Numbered from the stretch's first letter, positions 9,218 through 19,340 are shown. The stretch is DNA of 64,000 bases from a bacterium (GCA_041946805.1 JBHGBC010000023.1:10337-74336); one strand, 5' to 3'. Notes: generated by a model not told the origin, from the letters alone. Numbers and translations are program-made.

Positions 9218-11029
9218 ATGAAAATCAGGATTCCGAATCCGTCCATCCGCAATATCGCCATCATCGCTCACGTCGACCACGGCAAAACCACGTTGGTGGA
9301 CTTCATGTTCCGTCAAAGCGGCCTCTTCCGCGCCAACCAGGAAGTCGCCGAACGCATAATGGACAGCATGGACTTGGAGCGGGAGCGGGGGATCACCATC
9401 GCCGCCAAGAACTGTTCGGTGCATTGGGGCGGGGTGAAAATCAACATCCTGGACACGCCCGGGCACGCGGATTTCGGAGGTGAGGTCGAGCGGGCCTTGA
9501 TGATGGTGGACGGAGCCATCTTGCTGGTCGACGCCTCCGAAGGGCCGCTGCCGCAGACCCGGTTCGTGCTGAAAAAGGCGCTGGACGCGCATCTCAAGAT
9601 CATCGTGGTGATCAACAAGATCGACCGCAAGGATGCGCGGGCGGAACAAGTGCTGAATGAAATCTACGACTTGTTCATCGACCTGGACGCCACCGAGGAC
9701 CAGATCGAATTTCCCGTGTTGTACGCTATCGGGCGGGAGGGCATCGCGCAGCGGTCGCTGCATGAAAAAGGGGAAAATCTCACCCCCCTGTTCGAGGCCA
9801 TCTTGAATGAAATCCCCGCCCCGTCGCACGATCCCGCCGAGCCGTTCCAAATGTTGGTGACCGACCTGGATTATTCGGACTACCTCGGGCGGCTGGCGAT
9901 CGGGAAAATCTCGAACGGCGCCGCGCGCAACCACGACAGCCTGGTGTGCCTGGGCCAGGACGGGAGGATCAATCCCCTGCGGGTCACGCGGCTGCAGGTG
10001 TACGAGGGAATCAATCTGAAGGAAGTGGACATGGTGGAACCGGGGGACATCGCCATCCTGGCGGGGATCGAGGACGTCTACATCGGCGACACCATCTGCA
10101 CCCGCGAGAATCCCAAGGCCCTGCCCCGCATCACGGTGGACGAGCCGACGGTCTCGATGAAATTCGGCATCAACAATTCGCCCTTCGCCGGCAAGGAAGG
10201 CAAAATCATTCAATCCACCAAAATCCGCGAGCGGCTGATCAAGGAAACGCTCAGCAACGTGGCGCTGCAGGTGGAAGACACGGACGACGCCAACGTGTTT
10301 CTGGTGAAAGGGCGCGGCGAATTCCAGATGGTCATCCTGATCGAGACCCTGCGCCGCGAAGGCTATGAACTGAGCGTGGGCCGCCCCCAGGTGATCTACA
10401 AGGAAGTGAACGGCAAATTGCTGGAGCCGGTGGAGCATTTATTCGTCGACTGCGACGAGGCGTTCGTGGGCATCGTCACCGAAAAGATCTCCACCCGCAA
10501 AGGCCGCATGGTGAATCTGGTCAACCACGGGACCGGCCGGGTGCGCATGGAGTTTTCCATCCCCTCGCGCGGATTGATCGGGTATCGCAATGAATTTCTC
10601 ACCGACACCAAGGGAACCGGCATGATGAATTCATACCTGCAAGGCTATGAGGAATACCGGGGCGATTTCCCCCTGCGGCTGACCGGCTCGATGGTGGCCG
10701 ACCGGCAGGGCGTGGCGGTGTCGTACGCGCTGTTCAACCTGGAGCCGCGCGGGGTGTTGTTCGTCAATCCGGGCACGCCGGTGTACGAAGGCATGATCGT
10801 CGGCGAGCACAACCGCGCGAACGACATGAACGTCAACGCGTGCAAGGAGAAGAAACTCACCAACATGCGCAGCTCGAACAAGGATGACGGGATCATGCTC
10901 ACGCCCGTGCTGCCCATGACGCTGGAGAAGGCGATCGAATTCATCCGCGAGGACGAATTGGTCGAAGTGACGCCCAAGTCCATCCGCCTGCGCAAGGCGG
11001 TCCTCCCCGCCGGCAAGCGCAAGGTGTGA
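9218..11029 (+). CDS. typA: Translational GTPase TypA/BipA
   Basis: [45 protein letters not shown], and the C-terminal [11 protein letters not shown]. Confidence 0.97.
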   Translation: MKIRIPNPSIRNIAIIAHVDHGKTTLVDFMFRQSGLFRANQEVAERIMDSMDLERERGITIAAKNCSVHWGGVKINILDTPGHADFGGEVERALMMVDGAILLVDASEGPLPQTRFVLKKALDAHLKIIVVINKIDRKDARAEQVLNEIYDLFIDLDATEDQIEFPVLYAIGREGIAQRSLHEKGENLTPLFEAILNEIPAPSHDPAEPFQMLVTDLDYSDYLGRLAIGKISNGAARNHDSLVCLGQDGRINPLRVTRLQVYEGINLKEVDMVEPGDIAILAGIEDVYIGDTICTRENPKALPRITVDEPTVSMKFGINNSPFAGKEGKIIQSTKIRERLIKETLSNVALQVEDTDDANVFLVKGRGEFQMVILIETLRREGYELSVGRPQVIYKEVNGKLLEPVEHLFVDCDEAFVGIVTEKISTRKGRMVNLVNHGTGRVRMEFSIPSRGLIGYRNEFLTDTKGTGMMNSYLQGYEEYRGDFPLRLTGSMVADRQGVAVSYALFNLEPRGVLFVNPGTPVYEGMIVGEHNRANDMNVNACKEKKLTNMRSSNKDDGIMLTPVLPMTLEKAIEFIREDELVEVTPKSIRLRKAVLPAGKRKV

Positions 11030-11121
11030 GTGTGATGCTTCTATCCACACCGGGGTGGGCCATGCTTCGCCACGATACCACCCCGGCAGGGCTTCTCCCC
11101 CCCCGCATGGCAGACCATGAC

Positions 11122-11374
11122 GTCATCCCCGCGAAGGCGGGGATCCTGGTGTTGTATCCGGCCTCTCTTATCCCCTCAGGGGATGAACGTGAATAGCCGT
11201 AGACGGCAGCCTACGGTTGCGTAAATAAAAAACCAATCCCGGCGGGGCCGTTTCCTTTCTTGACACCACCGGGGGTTGTCACCCCCGGCTATTCAGATTC
11301 CATCCCGCTGGGATTGGCCGCAGGCAAGATGCCTGCACCACAAGAACCTGGATCCCCGCTTACGCGGGGATGAC
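11122..11374. repeat. Nested inverted-repeat (BIME/MITE-like) element bounded by family C REPs
   Basis: GTCATCCCCGCGAAGGCGGGGATCC (11122-11146) and its inverse GGATCCCCGCTTACGCGGGGATGAC (11350-11374) enclose further inverted hairpins; another family C copy is at 20997-21021. Confidence 0.8.
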
Positions 11375-11528
11375 ATCCGGATACGGCTTGTGGGTGAAGA
11401 TCGGCCCACCAGGTGAGAATCAGGGTAAGGGAATATCAAAAAAAACGGATCATCCAACAAGTGCGTACCCGCTGGAGAAGAAGGCATTTCATCTACTCGA
11501 TGAAATTCGGGCGGATTTCAAAAACCGC

Positions 11529-11556
11529 TTGACAGAATCCCTTTTAATCATATAAT
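11529..11556 (+). promoter_or_regulatory. Sigma70-type promoter of the NO-stress cluster
   Basis: Perfect TTGACA-16 bp-TATAAT, ending 35 bp before the Rrf2 ATG. Confidence 0.75.
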
Positions 11557-11590
11557 GACATGTGTTTCATATATTAACACGGTCAAGAAT

Positions 11591-12007
11591 ATGCTTTCCA
11601 AAACGGGAATTCATGCCGTACGGGCCATGGTGGTGCTGGCCGACTTGCCGGAAGGTGCCTATGCCGGGGCGGTTTCGATCGCCGAGGTCATCAAGGCCCC
11701 CCGCAACTACCTGGGCAAGTTGCTGCAACTGCTGGCCCGCGAGGGACTCGTCGAATCCCAAAAAGGCATGGGCGGCGGCTTCCGGCTGGCCCGCCACCCC
11801 CGCGAGATCTCGCTGCTGGACGTGGTCGAGCCCATCGAGCACATCAGCCGCTGGAGCGGGTGCATCATGGGCCGGGAAGTCTGCTCGGAAGAGGCGCCCT
11901 GCGCGATCCATCACCGGTGGAAAACCATCCGCGAGGCGTATCTTGAACTCTTGCGCGATACGCGGCTTGCGGATTTGATCGCGCATCCCCACGTTTTGGT
12001 ACGGTAA
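11591..12007 (+). CDS. Rrf2-family transcriptional regulator (probably Fe-S binding)
   Basis: Winged HTH (YLGKLLQLL..GLVESQKGMGGGFRLAR..ISLLDVV) and C-terminal CIMGREVCSEEAPCAIH with three Cys and a His. Confidence 0.9.
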   Translation: MLSKTGIHAVRAMVVLADLPEGAYAGAVSIAEVIKAPRNYLGKLLQLLAREGLVESQKGMGGGFRLARHPREISLLDVVEPIEHISRWSGCIMGREVCSEEAPCAIHHRWKTIREAYLELLRDTRLADLIAHPHVLVR

Positions 12008-12071
12008 GGTTTTTTTTTCACCCTTAATAAGATAACCGTATGCTATTAGGTTATTAAAGAGGAACGCTATC

Positions 12072-13970
12072 ATGGACAGCACGATGAACTGGATTAATCC
12101 GAAGACGATGATCCCTGATTTGTTGCAGGCGGCCCCCCAGGCCCGGCCGGTGTTGGACCGGTATGGCCTGCGGGGATGCGGCGGACCGCTGGGACCGATG
12201 GAGACGTTGGAATTTTTCGCCAAGGCGCATGAGGTGTCCATGGAGGGACTGCTCACGGAACTATGCGCGGCGGTGGCCAATGGCGCGGGTTCCAATCCAC
12301 CGGCGGCGCGGCCGGTTCCTCCCATCCCTGAATTGGAGACCCGCCCGGAAGACGCCATCTACCGCCCCTTCTTCAAGGCGGGCATCGCCGTGGCGTTGAC
12401 TCTGGGCGCGGTGTGGGGCGCGTATCTGCTGCTGCGCATCGCGATCGCGGGTTCGTTCACGGCGATCGGCTATCACGAGGTCAACGCGCACGGCCACGCG
12501 CAGATTTTCGGCTGGGTGGGCCTGTTCGTGATGGGCTTCGCTTACCAGGCGTTCCCCCGCTTCAAGCACGCGTCGCTGGCCTATCCCCGGCTGGCGTTTA
12601 TGACCTTGTGGATGATGGTCATCGGCCTCGTAACCCGGTCGGTTCTGGAGCCGGTCAGTGTTTTGGTCCAGGCGCTGCGTGGGGCGCCAATTCTCGCATC
12701 GGTGCTCGAAGTGGCGGCCATCGGGATGTTTGTCTGGATCATCGGGATGACTTGGCGGCGCTCCGGCAAGCCACTGGCCTACTATGATTATTACATCATC
12801 AGCGCGCTGGCGTGGTTCCTCATCCAGGCCGTGTACGAAACCGTGCTGTTCATCGCCACGATTTCCGCCCCCGGCCGCGAGCAACTATTGCACCTCATCG
12901 CTACTTGGCAGGCCCCGCTGCGCGAGATCCAGATCCATGGATTCGCGATGATGATGATCCTGGGTGTCAGCCAACGCATTTTCCATAACTTTTATGGCTT
13001 CTCCTCGCCCGATGTCCACCGGAGCCGGATCGCGCTGTGGGGACTCAATCTCGGCCTCGTGGGGGAAATCACGGGATTTATCCTGATGCGTACCAGCGCC
13101 CACGCCTGGGCGGCCTTGTGGTACGGCTCCATCCTGCTGCTGGCGGCCAGCGTGGCGTTCCTGGTGGCGGATTGGAAGATCTTCTCACACCCGGAGGAAC
13201 GGGACCGCAACCTCAAGTTCCTGCGCGCCGCGTATGTCTGGCTATTCATTTCACTGGCCATGCTGGTGCTGCTGCCCGTGTATCAATGGGTGATTCTCCC
13301 CGCCTTCGCGCCGGCGGGCGAGGCGGTGGCCACCGGTTTCTCGCATGCCTGCTACGGGGCGATCCGCCACGCGATCACGGTGGGCTTCATCAGCCTGATG
13401 ATCGTGGGCGTGGCCGCCAAGGTGGTCCCCACGCTGAACGGTGTTGATCTCCGGAGCCTGGCGCAGCTGTGGATTCCCTTCGTGCTGATCAACACCGGCT
13501 GCGCGCTGCGGGTGGCGGGACAGACATTGACCGATTTCTCCCCGGCGTTCTTCCCCCTCGCGGGAATCAGCGGCTGGCTGGAAGTCTCGGGCCTGGCGGT
13601 GTGGGGCGCGCATCTCCTTCAGGTGATGGCGGGCCGCGCGCGGTTGCGCAATCCCCGGCATGTCCTGGCGGGCCGCTATACTCCCCTGTCGCGGCAGGCG
13701 CCCATCGCGGCCACCAGCCTGGTGGGAGATGTGCTCGACGCCTATCCAAATCTGGTGAAAACCTTCGTTGCCTTTGGCTTCACACCTCTCCAAAATCCGG
13801 TATTGCGGGCCACGATCGCCCGGACGGTCACGATCCAGGCCGCCTGCCGGAAATTGGGCGTGGATGTGAACGAAATGCTGCAGGCGCTCAACGCCGCCCG
13901 GGAACGGGCCACGCCCGCGCGCGCCGATACGCCCCGGTTGTACCAAATCTCGTTGGATCCCGTAAAATAG
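12072..13970 (+). CDS. Multi-TM NnrS-like membrane protein flanked by DUF1858/ScdA_N-like domains
   Basis: About 12 hydrophobic segments with three HxxxxG(W/F)-type repeats; N-terminal P..RPVLDRYGLRGC; C-terminal VGDVLDAYPNLVKTFVAFGF..LQNP..R..AC. Confidence 0.65.
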   Translation: MDSTMNWINPKTMIPDLLQAAPQARPVLDRYGLRGCGGPLGPMETLEFFAKAHEVSMEGLLTELCAAVANGAGSNPPAARPVPPIPELETRPEDAIYRPFFKAGIAVALTLGAVWGAYLLLRIAIAGSFTAIGYHEVNAHGHAQIFGWVGLFVMGFAYQAFPRFKHASLAYPRLAFMTLWMMVIGLVTRSVLEPVSVLVQALRGAPILASVLEVAAIGMFVWIIGMTWRRSGKPLAYYDYYIISALAWFLIQAVYETVLFIATISAPGREQLLHLIATWQAPLREIQIHGFAMMMILGVSQRIFHNFYGFSSPDVHRSRIALWGLNLGLVGEITGFILMRTSAHAWAALWYGSILLLAASVAFLVADWKIFSHPEERDRNLKFLRAAYVWLFISLAMLVLLPVYQWVILPAFAPAGEAVATGFSHACYGAIRHAITVGFISLMIVGVAAKVVPTLNGVDLRSLAQLWIPFVLINTGCALRVAGQTLTDFSPAFFPLAGISGWLEVSGLAVWGAHLLQVMAGRARLRNPRHVLAGRYTPLSRQAPIAATSLVGDVLDAYPNLVKTFVAFGFTPLQNPVLRATIARTVTIQAACRKLGVDVNEMLQALNAARERATPARADTPRLYQISLDPVK

Positions 13971-14001
13971 GAGAGGGACGGAGTGAGAACCGCCGGCTTG
14001 T

Positions 14002-14102
14002 AGCGCCAACGGCGAGTTTACGCTAGCCCAAGGCTTTAGCCCGGGGATGGTGGAAACAAAAACCAATAAGCCCCTCTCCCTCTGGGAGAGGGCTGGAGTG
14101 AG
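14002..14102. repeat. Composite repeat (AGCGCCAACGGCG...TAGCCC hairpin plus family A REP)
   Basis: Same module order as the interior of the elements at 33801-33890 and 63873-63974. Confidence 0.65.
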
Positions 14103-14184
14103 AAAATATCTTTCCGCGGTTTTCTTCCAACCGCGAAAGTAATCTCAGCCCATGAATCCACTTAAAAAGAGAAAGGAGAACATC

Positions 14185-14814
14185 ATGAAACTGACCAAGG
14201 GACTGATACTCACAATCACGTTGATGAGCTTGGCCGGGGCGCATCCCGGACGGGTGTTCGCGCATTGCGACACATTGGACGGCCCGGTGGTCCAGGACGC
14301 GCGGAAGGCTCTCGAGCGGAAGGATGTCACGCCGGTGTTGAAATGGATCCCCCAAGAAGATGAAAGCGCGGTTCGCGAGGCGTTCGACAAGACCCTGGCG
14401 GTGCGAGGGCTGAGCAATGAAGCCCGCGGCCTGGCGGATCTGTACTTCTTCGAAACGCTGGTGCGGATCCACCGCCAGTCGGAAGGCGCTCCCTACACCG
14501 GTCTGAAGCCCGCAGGATCCGTGGATCCCCTCATTGCCGAGGCGGACCGGTCGCTGGAGAGCGGTTCGGTGGAGAAATTGGAAACACTAGTGCTCGAGGC
14601 GGTCAAGCAGGGTATTCACGAAACCTTTCATGAAGCGGTTCAGGCCAAGAAAAACGTGGACACGAGCGTCGCGGCCGGCCGCGAGTTCGTGAAGGCCTAC
14701 GTCACCTTCGTGCATTACGTGGAACGGATCTACCAGGCTGCCCACAACCGGACGGCGCATGAAGGCCACGAACCCGCTCCCGCTCCGGCAAGCGCGGAAC
14801 ACCAAGGGCATTGA
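14185..14814 (+). CDS. Secreted DUF6448-like protein (mature N-terminus HCDTLDGP) with a His-containing tail
   Basis: Signal peptide ending VFA|HCDTLDGPVV; FFETLVRIHR..EGAPYTGLKPAG; GREFVKAYVTFVHYVE. Confidence 0.7.
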   Translation: MKLTKGLILTITLMSLAGAHPGRVFAHCDTLDGPVVQDARKALERKDVTPVLKWIPQEDESAVREAFDKTLAVRGLSNEARGLADLYFFETLVRIHRQSEGAPYTGLKPAGSVDPLIAEADRSLESGSVEKLETLVLEAVKQGIHETFHEAVQAKKNVDTSVAAGREFVKAYVTFVHYVERIYQAAHNRTAHEGHEPAPAPASAEHQGH

Positions 14815-15036
14815 ATCAGTACCAAAAGGCCTGTGGCGCAATGTGATCCTCCGCAAGAGAAGTTTCCAGGAAAAGGAAAGGTAATTGTCTCCCTCTCCCT
14901 TTGGGAGAGGGCCGGGGTGAGGGAAAACGAAGCGAGAAATCCCCTTACACCTTCTCCCAGGGGGAGAGGGAAATAAGTGATGAATACCCAATGCGTGAAT
15001 CACGCTAAATCAATCAACCGTAACGGAGGAATAAGG

Positions 15037-15648
15037 ATGAAACCGACAGACATCCTCATGCAGGAACACCGGGTGATCGAAGTGGTCTTGGATTGCCTCG
15101 AAGGCATCGTGGGCGAGGCGGCCGCGCAAGGCCGGTTGGACAAGGGCGCGGCCGGCCAGGCGATCGACTTTTTCAAGATGTTCGCGGACACCTGCCACCA
15201 CGGAAAAGAGGAAGCGCACCTGTTCCCCATGATGGAAGCCCGGGGCTTCCACCGGGAGAACGGGCCGACCGGCCAGATGCTCCTGGAACACGAGGAAGGC
15301 CGCGCCCACATTCAGGGCATGCGGGCCGCGCTGGACCTGGCGGCGGAAGGTGACAAACCGGCCCTGCAACAATTCGCGCGTCACGCCAACGCCTATGTCG
15401 GCCTGCTGCGGGAACACATCCGCAAGGAGGACCATTGCCTCTTCCCCATGGCCAACCAGGCCATGAGCGAGGCGGACCAACAGGACCTGGCGTCGCGTTT
15501 CCATCACGTGGAGAGCCAGGAAATGGGCGAGGGTACCCATGAGAGATACCTTGCCATCGCCGAAGCCTTGGCCGCAAAATACGGCGTGGAGAACGCCGCG
15601 GCGCTCGCGTCCGCCGGGACGTGCGCCTGCCAACATCATTCGCATTGA
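15037..15648 (+). CDS. Hemerythrin-like (HHE) domain protein
   Basis: LMQEH, CHHGKEEAHLFP, MLLEHEEGR and HIRKEDHCLFP motifs; tail CACQHHSH. Confidence 0.85.
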   Translation: MKPTDILMQEHRVIEVVLDCLEGIVGEAAAQGRLDKGAAGQAIDFFKMFADTCHHGKEEAHLFPMMEARGFHRENGPTGQMLLEHEEGRAHIQGMRAALDLAAEGDKPALQQFARHANAYVGLLREHIRKEDHCLFPMANQAMSEADQQDLASRFHHVESQEMGEGTHERYLAIAEALAAKYGVENAAALASAGTCACQHHSH

Positions 15649-15673
15649 GCGACGAATCGAGGAGAAAAACAAC

Positions 15674-17968
15674 ATGATTTCCAACGGATTGAAAGGCTTG
15701 TTTTTGTTTTCGTTGTTTGGGGCGGTGGCCATTACTCTCGTGGGCGGCTGGTACACCTGGGAAGCCGCGCCACCCTACCCGGCGCAGGTCGTAGGTCCGG
15801 ATGGCGCGGTCGTGACGACGCGCGACTCCATCATGCAAGGGCAGCATGTCTGGCAGAAGTACGGATTGATGGACAACGGCTCGGTCTGGGGGCATGGGAC
15901 CTACCGCGGTAACGACTACACCGCGACCTCCCTCCACCTGATGGGCCAATTCATGCGCGATGCGCACGCGCAAAAGGATTTCGGTAAAACTTATGCGGAT
16001 CTCTCCCGGGAACAGCAGGTGGTGCTGGACGACCGGGTGATCCGCGAACTGAAGGAAAACCGGCTGGACGAAGCCACGCTGACCCTGCGCCTCACCGAAG
16101 CGGAAGCGGCGGCGGTGCAAAAGCTGCGCGAGCATTGGGGCCGGATTTTCGTGGAAGGCGACAAACCCACCGCGGTCTCGGCCGGCGTGTTGAAATCCGC
16201 CGAGGAAGCCCGCGACCTGTCCGACTTCTTCTATTGGACCGCCTGGGCCGCCGGGACCTTGCGGCCGGGCAAGACCCTGACCTACACCAACAACTGGCCG
16301 CCGGACCGCAGCGTCGGCAACGAAATCGCCACCGAGGCGGTGATCTGGTCGATCGCCTCGCTGCTGGGCCTGATGGCGGCAGTGGGCGCGGCGCTGGCCG
16401 CCTTCTTCAAATTCAACTTCGACAAGGATCTCGACGGATTGGAACTGGATGAAAAGGTGGGCGAGCGGATCATCAACCTGCCCATCTCGTCCAGCCAGCG
16501 CAAAACCGCGAAGTATTTCCTGATCGTGGTGGTTCTCTTCTTCCTGCAGTTGATGCAAGGCGGGCTGATGGCCCACTATACCGTGCATCCCGGCGAGTTC
16601 TACGGGATCAAGGCGGTCTCGGACAACGTGCCCTACAACTGGCCGAAGAGCTGGCACCTGCAGCTGGCCATTTTCTGGATCGCCACCGCCTGGATCGGGG
16701 CGGCGTTGTACCTCGCCCCCATCGCCGGGCGGAAGGAACCGAAATACCAGGGCCTGCTGGTGGACATCCTCTTCGGCGCGGTGGTCTTCGTGGCCCTGGG
16801 TTCCCTGTTCGGCACGGTGCTGGGCGTGAAGGGCCTGGCGGGCTCCTGGTGGTTCTGGATCGGCCATCAAGGGTGGGAGTTTTTGGAGCTGGGCCGGCTG
16901 TGGCAGATCCTGCTCTTCGCGGGACTGATCATCTGGCTGGTGCTGGTGGCGCGCGCGGTCAAACCCAATTTCGGCGCGGGACAGGACCGCTGGGGCACGG
17001 TGCCTTTCTACACCTATTCCGCCATCGCCATCGTTTCGTTCTTCGCCTTCGGTTTGTTCTACACACCGAACACACATCTGACGGTGGCCGATTTCTGGCG
17101 CTGGTGGGTGGTGCACACCTGGGTGGAGGGCATTTTTGAATTCTTCGCGGCGGCGGCCATGGCCTACGTGGTTATCACTCTGGGCCTCGCTCCCAAGCGC
17201 AAGGCGCTGCGGGCGGCTTATTTCACCGCCAGCCTGGCGCTCTTCTCGGGCATCATCGGCGTCGGCCACCATTACTACTGGTTCGGCGATCCCGATATCT
17301 GGCTTTCCTTAGGCGGCGTTATCTCCACCATGGAGCCCGTGCCCATCCTGTTGCTGCTGCTGAAGGTGGCGTTGGATTCGCGCCATTCGCCGATCACCAG
17401 TGATGCCTATCCGTACAAATGGCCCATGCTCTTCATGGGCGCCTCGGCGGGCTGGGCGTTTCTGGGCGCGGGTGTGTTCGGATTCATCATCACCACTCCG
17501 ATGGTCAATTACTACGAGCATTCCACCTATCTGACCATGAATCACGGCCACACCGCGCTGTTCGGCACCTACGGCATGCTGGCCATCGGCCTGCTGCTCT
17601 TCTCGCTGCGCGGCCTGGTCAAGCCCCAAGCCTGGAACAACACGCTGCTGAAGTTCGCCTTCGCGGGCATGAACGGCGGCCTCTTCCTGATGGCCATCTT
17701 CACCCTGTTGCCGGTCGGCTTCCTGCAGACGTGGGATTCCTTCGTGAACGGGTTGTGGCACGCCCGCAGTCCGGAATTCTACAACCAGCCGGCGGTGCTC
17801 TTCATCGGCCAGTGGCGGATCATCCCCGACTTGATCATCATCGCGGGCGCCGCGTGCCTGGTGCTGTTCGTGATTCAGGCCTGCCTGAATCTCAAGCCCG
17901 TGGAAGTTCAGGAAGAGGAAGAACTCGACATTCCCGCGGCGGAAATATCGCCCGCGGCGGCTGTCTGA
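15674..17968 (+). CDS. norB: Quinol-dependent nitric oxide reductase (qNOR)
   Basis: GSVWGHGTY, YTNNWP, WHLQLAIFWIATAW, WRWWVVHTWVEG, GHHYYW and HGHTALFGTYG; single subunit of ~764 aa. Confidence 0.93.
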   Translation: MISNGLKGLFLFSLFGAVAITLVGGWYTWEAAPPYPAQVVGPDGAVVTTRDSIMQGQHVWQKYGLMDNGSVWGHGTYRGNDYTATSLHLMGQFMRDAHAQKDFGKTYADLSREQQVVLDDRVIRELKENRLDEATLTLRLTEAEAAAVQKLREHWGRIFVEGDKPTAVSAGVLKSAEEARDLSDFFYWTAWAAGTLRPGKTLTYTNNWPPDRSVGNEIATEAVIWSIASLLGLMAAVGAALAAFFKFNFDKDLDGLELDEKVGERIINLPISSSQRKTAKYFLIVVVLFFLQLMQGGLMAHYTVHPGEFYGIKAVSDNVPYNWPKSWHLQLAIFWIATAWIGAALYLAPIAGRKEPKYQGLLVDILFGAVVFVALGSLFGTVLGVKGLAGSWWFWIGHQGWEFLELGRLWQILLFAGLIIWLVLVARAVKPNFGAGQDRWGTVPFYTYSAIAIVSFFAFGLFYTPNTHLTVADFWRWWVVHTWVEGIFEFFAAAAMAYVVITLGLAPKRKALRAAYFTASLALFSGIIGVGHHYYWFGDPDIWLSLGGVISTMEPVPILLLLLKVALDSRHSPITSDAYPYKWPMLFMGASAGWAFLGAGVFGFIITTPMVNYYEHSTYLTMNHGHTALFGTYGMLAIGLLLFSLRGLVKPQAWNNTLLKFAFAGMNGGLFLMAIFTLLPVGFLQTWDSFVNGLWHARSPEFYNQPAVLFIGQWRIIPDLIIIAGAACLVLFVIQACLNLKPVEVQEEEELDIPAAEISPAAAV

Positions 17969-17990
17969 TTGTCTGGCTTCCATCGAACGT

Positions 17991-18036
17991 AAGGGGAGAA
18001 AACCCAGTGGGATTTGGGTTCCTCCCCTTTTTTATT
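17991..18036. terminator. Rho-independent terminator after norB
   Basis: AAGGGGAG..AACCCA / TGGGTT..CTCCCCTT stem plus T-run, between convergent genes. Confidence 0.75.
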
Positions 18037-18120
18037 TGAATGGGGAGGGAAGGAATGAGAGGATGATCAGAACATCAAAGGATTAAGGATTGCCGCGTCC
18101 ATCCATCTCCTGACTCTCAC

Positions 18121-19269
18121 TCAATTGTGAGCCTTTTCCAGCGCCTGGGCCAGATCGGCGATGAGGTCGTCCGGATGCTCGATGCCCACGGAAATCCGCA
18201 CCGTGCCGGGCGTGATGCCGGCGGTGATCCGGGCGTCCTCGGGCATGGAGGCGTGGCTCATGGACCAGGGTTGTTCGATCAGCGTTTCCACCCCGCCCAA
18301 CGATTCCGCCAAGGACATCAACTTGACTTGGTTGAAGAAGGCGGTGGGATTGACCTTGTCCGTGTCCAACTCGCAGGAAACCATGCCGCCGAAGCCGTAC
18401 ATCTGCCGCTGGGCGAGTTCATGCCGCGGATGAGTTTCCAATCCCGGGTAATACACTTGCTTCACCAGGGGGTGCGTATGGAGATAGCGGGCGATGGCTA
18501 TCGCGCCTTTCTGGTGCGCTTCCATGCGCTGGGGCAGGGTTTTGACGCCGCGCAAGACCAGCCACGCGTCGAAAGGCGACCCGGCGGTGCCCAGGCAGTT
18601 GACATAGAATCCCACTTTTTCGGCGTGTTCCGGTTTCCGGACGATGACCGCGCCGCCCACCACGTCGCTATGGCCGTTGAGGTACTTGGTGGTCGAATGC
18701 ACCACGATATCCACCCCGAACTCGAACGGGCGTTGAAAATAGGGGGATAGAAACGTGTTGTCGCATATGGTAAGGAGATTGCGCCGGCGCGCGATATTCA
18801 CGACGGCTTCGATATCCACGATATTCAGCAGCGGATTGGAGGGGGTTTCGATCCAAATCCCCTTCGTGTTGGGGCGGATGGCTTTTTCCACCCGCGCCGG
18901 ATCTTGCATGTCGACGAAGGAGCATTCCAAACCGAACTGGTCGAAGGCGCTGGTCAGCAGCCGGTAAGTCCCCCCGTAGATGTCGTTGCCCGTGACCAGG
19001 TGGTCTCCCTGTTTGAACAGAAACAGCACCGAGGTCTCGGCGGCCATGCCGGTACAGGTGATCCAGGCGTCGGTCCCCCCCTCGAGGGCCGCGAGGTTTT
19101 TGGCGAGCGCGGCGCGGGTGGGATTGCCGGACCGGGTGTAGTCAAAACCCCGGTTCTTGCCGATTTCGTCAAAGGCGAAGGTGGAGGTGGGGTAGATGGG
19201 CGTGATGACCGAATTGTAGGTCTTGTCGATGGCGACGCCTTCATGCACCGCCTTGGTTTCAAATCGCAT
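18121..19269 (-). CDS. metB: Cys/Met metabolism PLP enzyme (cystathionine gamma-synthase/lyase)
   Basis: YTRSGNPTR, IETPSNP, DNTF, HSTTKYLNGHSD (PLP lysine) and AESLGGVE; exact substrate uncertain. Confidence 0.8.
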   Translation of the reverse strand: MRFETKAVHEGVAIDKTYNSVITPIYPTSTFAFDEIGKNRGFDYTRSGNPTRAALAKNLAALEGGTDAWITCTGMAAETSVLFLFKQGDHLVTGNDIYGGTYRLLTSAFDQFGLECSFVDMQDPARVEKAIRPNTKGIWIETPSNPLLNIVDIEAVVNIARRRNLLTICDNTFLSPYFQRPFEFGVDIVVHSTTKYLNGHSDVVGGAVIVRKPEHAEKVGFYVNCLGTAGSPFDAWLVLRGVKTLPQRMEAHQKGAIAIARYLHTHPLVKQVYYPGLETHPRHELAQRQMYGFGGMVSCELDTDKVNPTAFFNQVKLMSLAESLGGVETLIEQPWSMSHASMPEDARITAGITPGTVRISVGIEHPDDLIADLAQALEKAHN

Positions 19270-19340
19270 GGAATTCACCATTCCTTTCCGAGGGGAGAGG
19301 TTATCGGATCCAGGTGATTATGCACGGTGGAATGAGGAGT

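Noticed and set aside
15173..17272. Long antisense ORFs (for example 699 aa here, 628 aa at 30852-32738, 460 aa at 9056-10438)
   Set aside because: These are shadow frames opposite well-supported genes, as expected with high-GC codon bias.
15674..17968. qNOR as a nitric oxide dismutase (NOD)
   Set aside because: The non-heme iron ligands (HTWVEG, GHH) and the downstream Glu (TMEP) are intact, as are the quinol-site His (AHY) and Asp (IPD). NOD-type substitutions are not evident, so it is called a conventional qNOR.
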